Position numbers and translations under genes: made by a program | In this document: piece by piece, positions 8,266 to 20,800 of the stretch | Position numbering within the stretch: the stretch's first letter is position 1 | Layout of the letters: each line of letters opens with the position of its first letter | Notes under the pieces: generated by a model | The model's input: only the letters and a program-made list of their open reading frames with translations | Told to the model about the DNA's origin: nothing | Database searches by the model: none | Sequence record: MT446416.1 | Length of the DNA: 64,000 bases | Direction: 5' to 3' (one strand)

Positions 8266-11200
8266 ATGTCACAACAAAAAAGACAATCCAATTTATACGC
8301 GGGGGAAGATTGGACCCAGGTATATGAAAGCTTTTACAAAATCAATCTCACGGCATTTGATTACGATACCATTCGTCAAAGTATGATAGACTATCTCCGA
8401 ACTACATATCCAGATTCGTTTAACGACTGGATTGAGAACGACCAGTTTATTTTTATTCTAGATACAATATCTATGCTGGGGCAGAACTTAGCGTTTCGTA
8501 TGGATCTTAATACACGCGAAAACTTTTTAGATACTGCAACTCGTCGTGCATCCGTACTGAAACTCGCAAAAATGATTTCTTACTTTCCACGCCGTTCATA
8601 TCCAGGTCGTGCAGTTGCTAAATTAACAGAAATAAAAACCAACCAAGACGTTCGTAATAGTTTTAACGAATCACTTAAGGATAAAATCATTCGTTGGAAT
8701 GACCCAATGGACACAAACTGGTATGAGAACTTCATTCTAGTTATGAACAGTTCATTTGTCAGTACTAACCAATTTGGTAATCCGGTTAAACGTATCGATA
8801 TCAATGGTGTTTCTCGTCATCTATATCGCATGAATACAATTCCAATGTCAGCCCCAAGTCTCCCATTCACTGCTACAGTTAATGGTGAATCGATGACATT
8901 TGAAGTTGTCAACCCTGATATTACGGCAGTTGGTGTTGAAGAGCGTCACCCCGAACCACAAGAGCAAAAATATATAGTTTATCAGAATGATGGTAATGGA
9001 TTTAGTTCACCAAATACTGGTTTCTTTGTTTATTTTGTTCAAGGGACATTGACATACCAAGATTTCCAATATAATATTCGAGAAGAAAACCGAATTCAAG
9101 ATATCAATGTTGATAATATCAACGAAACTGATGTTTGGGTTCAGGAAATCAACGAAGATGGTATTGTTCGTACTAAATGGACCAAAGTTCCATCTATGGA
9201 AAGTATCGCATACAATACTGTTAACCGTCAACTAAAAACAATCTTTGCTGTCACAACTCGTGATAAAGACCAGATTACTATTAAGTATCCTGATTCTCGT
9301 AGTGGTGTTGTTCCTCGTGGGACGTATCGTGTATGGTATCGTGTTAGTAATGGTGAAACATACAACATTAAAACCTCTGAAATCCAGAACAAAAGTGTAA
9401 AATACACCTATAGAACCAAAACACAATCAAGCTACGAATCCAGTACTTTGGATATTCGTTTCACATTGCAATATGAGTCAGATCGTGCACAAAGTGCAGA
9501 AACAATTGAACAAATTAAGGCTCGTGCTCCACAAATGTATTATACTCAAAACCGTTTTGTTAACGGAGAAGACTATAACATTGCTCCGTTGAGTTTGGGT
9601 AACACAGTTCTTAAATCTAAAGCAATTAACCGTTTATATAGTGGTCAGTCACGATTTATTGATATTAATGACCCAACTGGTAAGTATCAAAACACTGATG
9701 TGTTTAGTGATGATGGTTCAATGTATCAAGAAAAAACACAATTTAATAAATCATTACAATTACCAACTACCAAAACAAATGCTAGTATTGCAATTGATAA
9801 TATTCAGCCATTGATTGGTGAGAATGCTGTAATACAACGTTATCAAGCATATCCACCGAATACAATTGGTATTGAAATTCAACAAAAATGGACACCTGAA
9901 TACAATTCTAATTACGCAACTAATACGTATGGTCGTATTATGGGGGCAACAGGTAACGTATTCGTAAATTATCAAGTTGGTACGTTGATTAAGTTTTCAA
10001 ATGCTGGAACTACTGTGTGGGCTAGTATTGTTAGTGTTCTTGATAATGGATATTACGTTCTAAGTACTTCAGTTTCATCAAATATGCAAGCACAAGAGTA
10101 CATTTTACAATACAGAACACGTTTTAATAGTGTCGAAGTACAAGCAATCTCTGCAATGCTTGATAAAAAGACAGATTTTGTTATTATTCATGATAAAGAA
10201 ACAACTTCTTGGCTTCCATTAGAAATCAGTACTGATGAAGATACTATTTCTTATAATGGAAATGAAGTTCTTGTTATGATTAACATCAAATATACTGCTG
10301 AAACATGGGAATTTTATGCGAATGGCGTTGAATATGTGTTCGTTGGTGGTGATAAAGTTCGTTTTTACTTCGTTTCTTCTAAAAAGATAACTGATATTAG
10401 TACTGGTAGTGTTCAGAGTGACAAAATTGAAATTTTATCATCAAATACCACAAGTAATAGTAATGCTGGGTTGACAAGTAACATAGATTTCCAAATTTAT
10501 GACACAATTCAACAAGAAAACGGGTATCTTGATGGTTCTCGTGTGGTTATCACCTCTGAAAACGTTGATAGTAATGGAATCCCACTAGAACCTAATCAAT
10601 TCAGAGAAATTGTACCAAATTGGACTGGTGAAGATTCAGTTAAATATGGTGGTATATTGGTTTTCCAAGAAAATGATGATTTCACTATATCAGTACTGTC
10701 ATTACCGAACGATACTTTCACTATTCTTGATTCTTCATGGGCTTATACAATGGAACAGGCACTTGCAGAAACTAATGCGTATAAGAGAAGTGAATTTGTT
10801 CGCAACAATGCTATTCGCTCAACAACATTGAGTGGTATCTATAGTAAAGGTTCAGGCTTTATGGTTGGCTTTAAATACGATGGTAAATATTACTTTATAG
10901 AACAAACTGTTGGTAATAATAATGATCGTTTAAACCAATTAATTGAGAACTTGACCTATTCTGATGACACAACTGCTGCAACTCCTGAACTTGCGTTTTA
11001 TCGTGCTATTGTTAATATCGGAACTAATGCTGATGCTAACCAAAAGTTAGATTATTATGGTTATAAAGATGTAACTTCACAATATACAGTAAAAACGAAT
11101 GCAAGAACTGGTATTGATTTCCACTGGAAACATTATGCACCAGATGATAATCGCATTGACCCAAGTAGAACAAACTTGATTGACATGTATGTATTAACCA

Positions 11201-11727
11201 ATTCATACAAAACTGAAGTTGATGTATGGTTGAAGAATGGAACACAAGGTAATATGCCTAAGCCTCCAACATCTGTTGAATTGAAAGACATTTTTAAAGA
11301 AGTTGAACAAAAAATAGTCATCAGTGACAGTATTATTTGGCATAGTGCAGAATATCTACCATTATTTGGTGCGAGTGCTGATGAAGATTATAAAGCAGAT
11401 TTCAAAGTCGTCAAATTGCCTAACAGTACAATGAGTGATGATGAAATTCGTCAAAATGTCGTAGCACTAACTAACGAGTATTTTAATGTTGACAACTGGG
11501 ATTTTGGTGAAAGTTTCTATTACACAGACTTGTGTACATACATTCACTCCCAATTAGGACGACATATTAGTACTATTGTTATCGTAGCTCAAAACCCTAA
11601 CTCTAAATTTGGCTCACTATTTGAAATCCCTTCACGTTCTGACCAGATTTTCTTAAGTACTGCATCAGTTGATAACGTACAGATAGTCAATTCCTTGGCT
11701 AAGAGTAACATTAACATTGGTTCATAA
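8266..11727 (+). CDS. baseplate wedge protein gp6-like
   Basis: DYDTIRQSMIDYL...FNDWIE...ENFLDTATRRASVLKLAKMISY; ETIEQIKARAP...QNRFVNGEDY. Confidence 0.85.
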   Translation: MSQQKRQSNLYAGEDWTQVYESFYKINLTAFDYDTIRQSMIDYLRTTYPDSFNDWIENDQFIFILDTISMLGQNLAFRMDLNTRENFLDTATRRASVLKLAKMISYFPRRSYPGRAVAKLTEIKTNQDVRNSFNESLKDKIIRWNDPMDTNWYENFILVMNSSFVSTNQFGNPVKRIDINGVSRHLYRMNTIPMSAPSLPFTATVNGESMTFEVVNPDITAVGVEERHPEPQEQKYIVYQNDGNGFSSPNTGFFVYFVQGTLTYQDFQYNIREENRIQDINVDNINETDVWVQEINEDGIVRTKWTKVPSMESIAYNTVNRQLKTIFAVTTRDKDQITIKYPDSRSGVVPRGTYRVWYRVSNGETYNIKTSEIQNKSVKYTYRTKTQSSYESSTLDIRFTLQYESDRAQSAETIEQIKARAPQMYYTQNRFVNGEDYNIAPLSLGNTVLKSKAINRLYSGQSRFIDINDPTGKYQNTDVFSDDGSMYQEKTQFNKSLQLPTTKTNASIAIDNIQPLIGENAVIQRYQAYPPNTIGIEIQQKWTPEYNSNYATNTYGRIMGATGNVFVNYQVGTLIKFSNAGTTVWASIVSVLDNGYYVLSTSVSSNMQAQEYILQYRTRFNSVEVQAISAMLDKKTDFVIIHDKETTSWLPLEISTDEDTISYNGNEVLVMINIKYTAETWEFYANGVEYVFVGGDKVRFYFVSSKKITDISTGSVQSDKIEILSSNTTSNSNAGLTSNIDFQIYDTIQQENGYLDGSRVVITSENVDSNGIPLEPNQFREIVPNWTGEDSVKYGGILVFQENDDFTISVLSLPNDTFTILDSSWAYTMEQALAETNAYKRSEFVRNNAIRSTTLSGIYSKGSGFMVGFKYDGKYYFIEQTVGNNNDRLNQLIENLTYSDDTTAATPELAFYRAIVNIGTNADANQKLDYYGYKDVTSQYTVKTNARTGIDFHWKHYAPDDNRIDPSRTNLIDMYVLTNSYKTEVDVWLKNGTQGNMPKPPTSVELKDIFKEVEQKIVISDSIIWHSAEYLPLFGASADEDYKADFKVVKLPNSTMSDDEIRQNVVALTNEYFNVDNWDFGESFYYTDLCTYIHSQLGRHISTIVIVAQNPNSKFGSLFEIPSRSDQIFLSTASVDNVQIVNSLAKSNINIGS

Positions 11728-11733
11728 CACATT

Positions 11734-11759
11734 AAGGCGTTCTTCGGAACGTCTTTTTT
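11734..11759 (+). terminator. intrinsic terminator
   Basis: AAGGCGTTC-TTCG-GAACGTCTT followed by a T tract. Confidence 0.8.
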
Positions 11760-11763
11760 ATAT

Positions 11764-11771
11764 CATAAATA
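11764..11771 (+). promoter_or_regulatory. late promoter CATAAATA
   Basis: TAAATA core after the terminator, upstream of the giant ORF. Confidence 0.6.
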
Positions 11772-11807
11772 AATCAAATGAATGAACGAATTATATGGAG
11801 TCCAAAA

Positions 11808-14800
11808 ATGACTAATAATTTTAAGTTTCAACCTACACAGATGGCTGAAGCAGTACAGAAGAAGCTTTTCATAAAAAGATTGCCTGAGTGGATGCAAGGC
11901 TTAGAAGATATTCAGAAAGTCAGTGATGATGTTATCCAACAATGGTTTAATCCGGCTGAAAACGAATTAGTTGACGGCTACATTGGTGACATGGGTTCTC
12001 CGGCAGCAGCAGGGAACATCTTCTTACACGAGTCAACAGTCGCACGTCAACTATATCAGTTGTCCACTGCGTATGTCTCAAGAAATAATGACTCCAGCAT
12101 TCGTTCAATTCAATTTTATGATGATCTAGTTGGCTATATGAATCATTACGGTGCACTAACCGAAAATGAAAGCCGTTTGTTTAATGGTAAGTTCTATTCA
12201 TGGACCCCACCAATTAACCCAAATAAAATGAACAACTACAGTTCATACCTATGGGATTCCAAGAATAGCTATAATATCACAACTCCAGATTATATTGTTA
12301 TGGAACGTGGTGCAGAAAATGGTAACACTTGGTCACTACAAAACTTCTGGTACACATTAGGTGAAACTTTAGAAGATGGTACTATCCTAACTGAAGAACT
12401 AATGCAAGATTCCCGTTTTGTTCGTGCTCGTGCACCAATTATCGAATACAATAAAAATATCGAACTAATGAACTACGGTACTAAATTCCGTGGAACAGTT
12501 GATTTGTTCTCTGATATTATTAAACCAGAAGATATCGTACAAAAAGATATTAACAGCGGTATACGTATCGATGGTATTATTCCACAAGATGGTATGCGTA
12601 TACTTTTCACCAGTATTGGTAACAATGGTGAAAACAACAGAATTTATAAAGTATATGTTAAACGTATGCAAGATGGAACACGTGTGTATGGTCTAGCATT
12701 AGATCCAGACGAAGAATCTGAAAGCCGTCCGAGTGGTGAACCACAAGATGGTGACGTAGTTCTTATTATCAAAGGTAATGAATTTGGTAACAGTTCCATG
12801 TATTGGAACGGTTCTCATTGGATTCAAGCACAGTCTAAAACTTCTGTGAACGTATTTCCACAATTCCAATTGTATGACCGTAATGGTGTTAAACTAAACA
12901 ACACTACTACCTATCCATCAAGTACTTTTACTGGTTCTTCACTATTTGGTTTTAAAATTAACTATAATTATGCAACTGATAGCGTTTATGGTTATAACAT
13001 TGAACTAGGTGATTACAATTATTACACATATGAGAATTTCCTACAATCAACTCGTTATACTTACGAGCATTTGGGTGTGGAAGTTGAAATTGATGGACTA
13101 TATTACTATAACGTAATTGGTGAAGGTAATACAATGAACCTAGAAACTGATTGGGTTCGTAGTACTGAATACTCCAAACAATATGTTAAACAAACTCCAC
13201 AGGTTGAACGTACAGTAATGTTTCGCGTGTTCAGTACTGTTTATGACATGGAAAGTTTCAAAGATCCAGTTGAAGGAATGTATGCTTATGTAATTGAAGT
13301 TGATAGAACATATCAATATTACAAAGCAGAACGTGAAACATATCTTGATTGGCATGTTATCGTTGGTGATGGTGTACAAAGCGTTAAGTACAATCACACA
13401 TTTGAATTGGCACAAAAAGTACTAGATAATTCTGATGATATTATTGAACTAGTTGTTGATGGTGTGGAAATAAAAGAATACACCAAAACTGTAGTTAATA
13501 ATCAAGTACAAAGTATTACAATTGATAGCTCTGTTGATTTGGATGAAGATTCTGTTGTACAAATCAGAACTTATAGTAGCACTATCACTCCAAATAAAGA
13601 ATTGGGTGCATATGAAGTTCCAATTAACCTACAAAATAACCCATATAATTCAAACATTGAATACATCAACCAAGGTGATTACACCCAGCACTTCCAAGAT
13701 ATTATTCAAAAGAATATTACATCTGGTTCTGCTGATGACTTTAACAATTACGAAGAACGTTTGGCTTCTGGTTTGGTTAATAATGGTGTAGGCACTAAAA
13801 TTATTCAAAACGAAGCGTCCATGTTACCACTAATGGCACATACCGCTAATGAAGATATTGATTTGTTTGAATCAATCATGTTTATGCAAGCAGAATACTT
13901 CCGCTTCATTAACAAGTTCAACACTCAAATGCTTCGTTTGTATGAAGAAGATCCAAGTGCTTTTCTTGGTAATAGTGCATCAAACATCGTAGATGCGATT
14001 CTAACAGCTATTAATATGGGACGTGATAGTACATTCCCATTCTACTATGACAACGTTGCAAGCACTGCTGGGTTTATTCGTGCATTTGTCCCACCAACTC
14101 CACAGTTCTTGGGTATTTTGCAAGCTTATACACCACAAAAAGCAACATTCTTAACTGCTGGTAGTAAATCTAGCTGGTATAATATCAGTCATACTGGTAT
14201 TATTTCAAAAGCATACCGTGTTATCAATGGTGTTGATAAAATGGATGACGTTGTTTTCGAATTGGAGAATCGTATCTTTAATAGTATCGATCTTACTTTC
14301 AAGGATATTGATTATAAACCAGTACTAAACAGTGAAGATCTATTCCCAACTCCATATTTCACTGGTACTGATTATAGTGCAGAAGAAAAGAAAACTCTAT
14401 TGCTACGTGGTTACATTAACTTCACAGCAACCAATGGTATTAGTAACAGTACTCATGATTATGATGCAAATAACTGGAGAACTTGGAACTATACTGGTAG
14501 TTATTATGTTGTTGATGGTCAACGTACTGAAATTCCTGCTCGTGGTTCATGGCGTGCAATCTATACTGACCAATACGGCACATATCGTCCAGCAACCCAT
14601 CCGTGGGAAATGATGGGCTTCTCTCAACGTCCTACTTGGTGGAACCAAGAATACGAACCAACCGCAGTTCAAGTTGGTGAACGTGAAGGTGATGTTGTTT
14701 ATGTGTATGAAGCACTAGTAATGAATGAAAGTGGTGATTTGGTCCCAAGTGGTTTGTGGGATATTGATGGTACTATCGGTGACAGCAGTACTGGTACTAT

Positions 14801-17800
14801 TTTGTCAGGTGAACGCCGTGGTCAATATGACAAATACAAGCGTTTCGGTGTACAGCCATTTAAAATCACTAAGACTGGCGAGAAAACCAGCACTGGTATT
14901 GATATTTGTGAAGTTGAGTATATTGCACCTGAAGTTTTAGGTCTTGTTAGTGGTAATTTGGATCATCGTGCAGAACCGTGGGCTTATGGTGACATGGGTG
15001 ACATGGAATTCACTTACATGAACACTGCGATGTTTGCTTATGACCAAATGCTTCTTCTATACAAAGCAAAACCAGCACAGTTTGCAAACTATTACTGGGA
15101 TACCCGTAATGATAACCTTAAACCAGTTTATACTGATGGTTCACAGTTCCTTTATGGTGAAACCCGTAAGCGTCTAAACTTTGACAGTACTACATTAGTA
15201 CATGGTGAGAAAAATACCCGTACTATCGGTTATCAAATGTTTGTTAGTGACTATTTGATGTATCAGAACAAGAACATTACCACCAAATACGGTGACGTTG
15301 TTCGTTCTTCTTATGTCAATGTCGCTCACAAAATTGGTGGCTTTACTAAAGCAGACCAATTGACATTCACTGCTAAATCTTTCGGTTTGATTTCACAAGA
15401 AAACCAAACTATCGGTCTAGTTCGTTCCAATAACATTCTCGATGAGCAAATGAGTGCAGTAAAAATTACTTGGAATGGTAGTGCATATCAAATTGATGGT
15501 TATGATTTAGTTGGTGCTAAATTTAAATATAAAATTCCAGTTAAAAATGGAAGAAAAGTAACTCTTAAATTGGAAGACAGAACTGTTGTTCATTACAATG
15601 AATGGAAATCTGAAGGTACATTAGAATATGGTAAAATATTCAATACATACCAAGAAGTTTATACTTTCATTTGTGGATATGGTGAATATCTAAAAGAACA
15701 TGGCTGGATTTTTGAAGATGTAAATGATAGTGGTGCTCAACAAGACTGGACAACTATTGCTAAAGACTTTGTTATTTGGAGTCAGAATAGTTTAAGTACT
15801 GGCGAGTTCATCTCCTGTACTCCAAGTGCAGCTAATGCTAAATTTGGTGCAGATTTTGGTTCAGTTCAATCTGTTACACAGAACAGTGGTGGTGTTTGGT
15901 CATTACTTGATGATGAAAACCAAGGTATCCGTCAATATGAAATCGAAACTTCGCGTATCGGTAACGTATTCACAGTGAGAACTACATCCGAATCACAAAA
16001 ACGTATGGCGTTGATTCGTTTGAGCCTAAGTTCATATGAACACGCAGTTGTTTTTGATGATAAAACTATCTTTGGTGATTTCATTTACCAACCAACTTAT
16101 GGTGCTATTCAAGAATTGATTAAAATGTATGGTTACATTACTGGGTCATGGACTGGTCGCCTACAAGCACCTGGTTTCATTATCCTAGAAGCAGGAACTT
16201 TACCATCATTTGAAAAATTAGTAACTGATTTTGATTTATATTATAATAGTGAAACTCCTGTGAGTGATGTTCAGCTTCAAGAGTTATCAAATCACTTGAT
16301 TGGCTATCAAACTCGTGATTATCTACAACGTATGATTAGTAGTGATGTTAGTCGTGTTGATTTCTATAAAGGATTCATTCATGACAAAGGTACTAACCAA
16401 GTAATGGAAAAAGTACTACGTGTTTCTAAATCTTACGACACTGATGAATATAAAGCACTTCAGGAATGGGCATTTAAGATTGGTACTTATGGTAATATCA
16501 ATGGTAAGAAAAATCTACAATTTAAACTAATCAATGACCAATTTAAACAACAACCACAGATGGTTTCGTTTGATGTTAATGCTACATCAAATGGTACTGG
16601 TAATGGTATTGTTTATTACGGTGAACAAGGGGTTGACCCACGCTGGATTACTCGCCCAAATGGTAAGTTTTCATTCCCAATGCGTAGTGGAAGAAGTGAG
16701 AACATTCAACTTCCAGACATTGGCCCTGTAACACTAGATGAAATTTCATATGTTACTAAAGATTTCAGTACTGCATATAATGATCGTATCAATTATATGA
16801 ATAACAGTGGTGAAATCCCAGATTCTGTATGGATGTTTAAAGATGGTAATGATTTGTGGAATATTTTCGAACTAGTAGACACTGAAGTTGAGATGCTCTC
16901 TATCGTTCCAATTGAAAATACCGATGTATATGCAGAACAATTCTGTAAAGTAACTCTAAGTGATGATATCCCACTAAATGATGGTGATTATTATTACTTT
17001 GTTGATGAAACTAACTTTATGCCAGATACATTGACTATAGAAAGTCAATATTATACTGCGGGTAATGACCCTAGAGTTATGGTAGTTCCGTTTGACACTT
17101 CAATCACTATTGACTTCACTGATCCTGATACTCGCCCACGCTTGTATCGTTATGTTTCACGATTCAGTACTGAAGAGATGCGTCAGGAATACATTGACAG
17201 AAAATATAGTTTTAAAGCTCCACAAAGTACTTTGTTTGACCGCCCAACCACATATGATGAGCGTACTAACATTACTGCGTTGTACCTAAACGTGTTTGAC
17301 CCAATCAACGGTGTTATTCCTGGTGCAGCGATGCAGAACGTTACCTACACATCTCCAGTTGACCCAGCACAATACAACAGCAATGGTGAATTGATTCAAG
17401 CATGGGGTGCTGATAAAGTTGGTCAGGTTTGGTGGAACACCAGCACTGCTTTCTACTTAGATTACACTCGTGCAATCTATGATGCTGATGGTAATGTGGA
17501 TGTTGATGCAACAAATGAATATAAACGTTATAACTGGGGCAGATTGCTACCGCACAGTACTGTTGATGTTCTTGAATGGGTATGTTCGCCAGTTGAACCA
17601 TATAACTGGGACAAATACTGCAAAGACGTTGCTAACAAAAATAAAAACAACACTATGTACCTACCAAGCGGAACCGCATTGGAAGATAATTATAGTACGT
17701 TCTTAGAATATGATAGCACAACTGATACTTATGTTACAAAATACTATTTCTGGGTGCGTGATACAATCTATGTGCCACCATTGCATTCCAGAACTAAATC

Positions 17801-20800
17801 TTGTACTGATATTGCTCGTATTATTAAAGAACCAGCACAGCTTAACATTCCTTGGTTTGCACCAATCAATGAAAGCTCGTTCATTCTAAGTAATATGCAA
17901 TTTGAAGTCAACGATGACACAAGTATTTTAACTGTTTCTTATTACATGGATAATACTGAAGTTATTAAACATGACCAGTATCAATTATGTAAAGAAGGTG
18001 ATAGCTATAACTTCAATCCATCAATCTGGACTTCTATGTGGAATTCTATGATTGGTCAAGAAACTACTGAATCAGGAACTGTTATTGATTTACTATATCC
18101 TTTAGTACCAAACGGTTTAGGTTCTAATAAGACTTGGTTCCAAGATGTAATTGAAGCTCGTAGAAACTTTGTAGAAAGTGCAAATAACTATTATCGCTCA
18201 CAGAATATAACAACTAACACTGTTCTAATGGACGAAGTGTTTAATGTTAAAACTACTGAAGTTAACCCGAATGAAGTATCATATCGTGTACTAACTTACA
18301 ATAGTGAATTAGTCATTGCACCTGAAAGTGACAAGTTCAAAGAAAACGACGCAGTACTAGTAAGTACTAGTGGTGTATTACCTAACCCACTATCAACTAG
18401 CTCTGTATATTTTGTGCATATTGATGCTAATGGTTATATTCATCTAATGAATAGCCCATCAAGTGCTGGTAGTGTGGTTACCATTACATTGGAAAACCGT
18501 GGTGAAGGTCAACAGAAAATGATTAAACAATCAGACTATGTTGAAGCACTAGGAACTTCATTGGACATGACCCAGTACTGGTCACTAGCAGATTGGTATG
18601 ATATTGGCTACGATAAAAATACTGCATATACACAAGAATCCAGCCTAGAAGATGCAAACACTAAGAACTATCAAGTTGGTGACATTATCAGAATTACAGA
18701 TGTTGATGGCATCTGGACATTGTACATTAAAGCACAATCACGTGATTCAGTTTACTGGAAAGCAATTGGTCGTGAAAATAGTACAGTTGAATTGAATGAT
18801 ATGTTATACGCTGACTATACAGTTCGTGATGCTAATGGTTCGTTGAGTAATCGTGAGATTAACGTTCGTAAAGCACTAGCTTTATTGAAGAACTCATTCG
18901 ATTTACATCAGAGTGAAATTGTGTTTGATATGGTTAAGTATGTTCACGTAGAACAAAGCGTTGTTGATTGGGTATTCAAAACATCTTACATTTATATTGT
19001 AGGTTTAGAACAATCATTAGTACAGAACTATTCCAACGACAACTTGATTAATCAAATCGTTGAGTACTTTGAAGAAGTTAAACCATATAGAACTAAGATT
19101 CGTTCCCAGATTGAACAGAAAACTTCAGATGATGATTTAATTAAAGGTTTGTGTAATGATTTAGATCCTAATGGCTATATATTTGCAGATGGGACTTGGG
19201 TTAAAACGGAAAAAGACATTTGGGATTATGAATATGCTCAATTCAATGAGGTAACTCAACGTTGGGAGCAAGTTGGTGAATTGCCAAGTGATTTCGTAAC
19301 ACCTAATCGCCGTTTCCAAGAAATTGATGTTATCATGCACTACGACAACACTCAATGTAAACCAAATGATAATTTGGCAAGTGTTGATGTATTGGAAGAA
19401 GTGAATAAAAAATATCAATCTAATGCACAAGATGTTGTTAGTGATTTTGAATTACAACGTTACAAATATACATTCCCAGAATACAGTGATGAAGATTTCG
19501 ACCTATTGGTTGCTTATCAGATGCAATTGTATTACCCAGAATTGAACGTAACTCTAGGGATTGCTTATGGTGTTAACCAATGGTATGCAGAACATGCAGA
19601 TGATTTGGTAGCAACCGCAGAATTCACAGAAACGTTGAATCGTGTATATAAAGAATCAACACAGAATGAAATGTTTAATGACGTAAATCATTATGTTCAG
19701 TATAACACACTCTCTAACCGTTTGAAATTGTACACAGGTGCAGATGATGAAGTAATTCATGATGAGGTTGGATGTGGATTTAGTGGGTTAACTTACGATG
19801 ATAATCCAAGCACCAGACTACCGTTTGGTTACGCATCCAGTACTGATTATAACTTTGGTTACTTTGAAGTTAGTAGTGAGTTGTATAATAAGTATGTTTC
19901 TTTAATTAAAGAAAACAATACTACTGCAACTGATGATGAAGTTAGAATTATACTTGAAGTTGAATATGGTGTTTATTCATATCGCCATGTAGATGAAGAT
20001 GGAAATCAACGATTCTACAATGACGCAATTCATGTATTGTCCGGTATGCGTGGTTTGTATGACAAAGATGCTACCGACCATTATGAAAAGGCTGAAGAAA
20101 TACTAAGTAGAATGCCTATTGATATTCATGCATTTACTATGATGCCACGAAAATATGTTTATGTTAATGTTAATGGTGTATACGAGAGTATCCCAGATGA
20201 CCAAAGCATTGATGATTTCATGGAAGACAAATTCATAACTGACGGTCAACTAGTTCAATTGGCAGAAATAAATCTTGATGACTTACCTCTTGATAGAAAT
20301 AACCCAATGTACAGTGATTATCAGCACATCCTAGATAGCATCACCAATGCTAAGTACTACGATGATATGAATGCATTTGATAACCTAGCACTTGAATCAC
20401 AAACTTCCGAGTTAAAATGGGAAGTTGAAGGTGACGAAGTAGATCCGTACATAATCGACATTTCTGATATTAACCCATCAGGAAGAAAGATTGGTCAGAT
20501 TCGCTTCACAGTTGATGGTTATGGATTCAATAGTGTTTCACGAGTTCAATTGAGAGACAATAGTAGATATAAAACTGAAGGTATGGTTATTATCAACCCT
20601 TATAAAACAACAGAAGCAATTGTTAGTATTCCTTCTTACGCTAAGATTGAAAATGATATTAGTAAATCATACAGTAAGTATGATGAAAAATACTTCTATA
20701 AAATTAAATCAATTGTTAGTGATACAGAAGCTGAAGTAATTGACAATACCCTATCTGATGGTGATAAGGTTATGATATTCACAACTGATGGTGAAGATTA

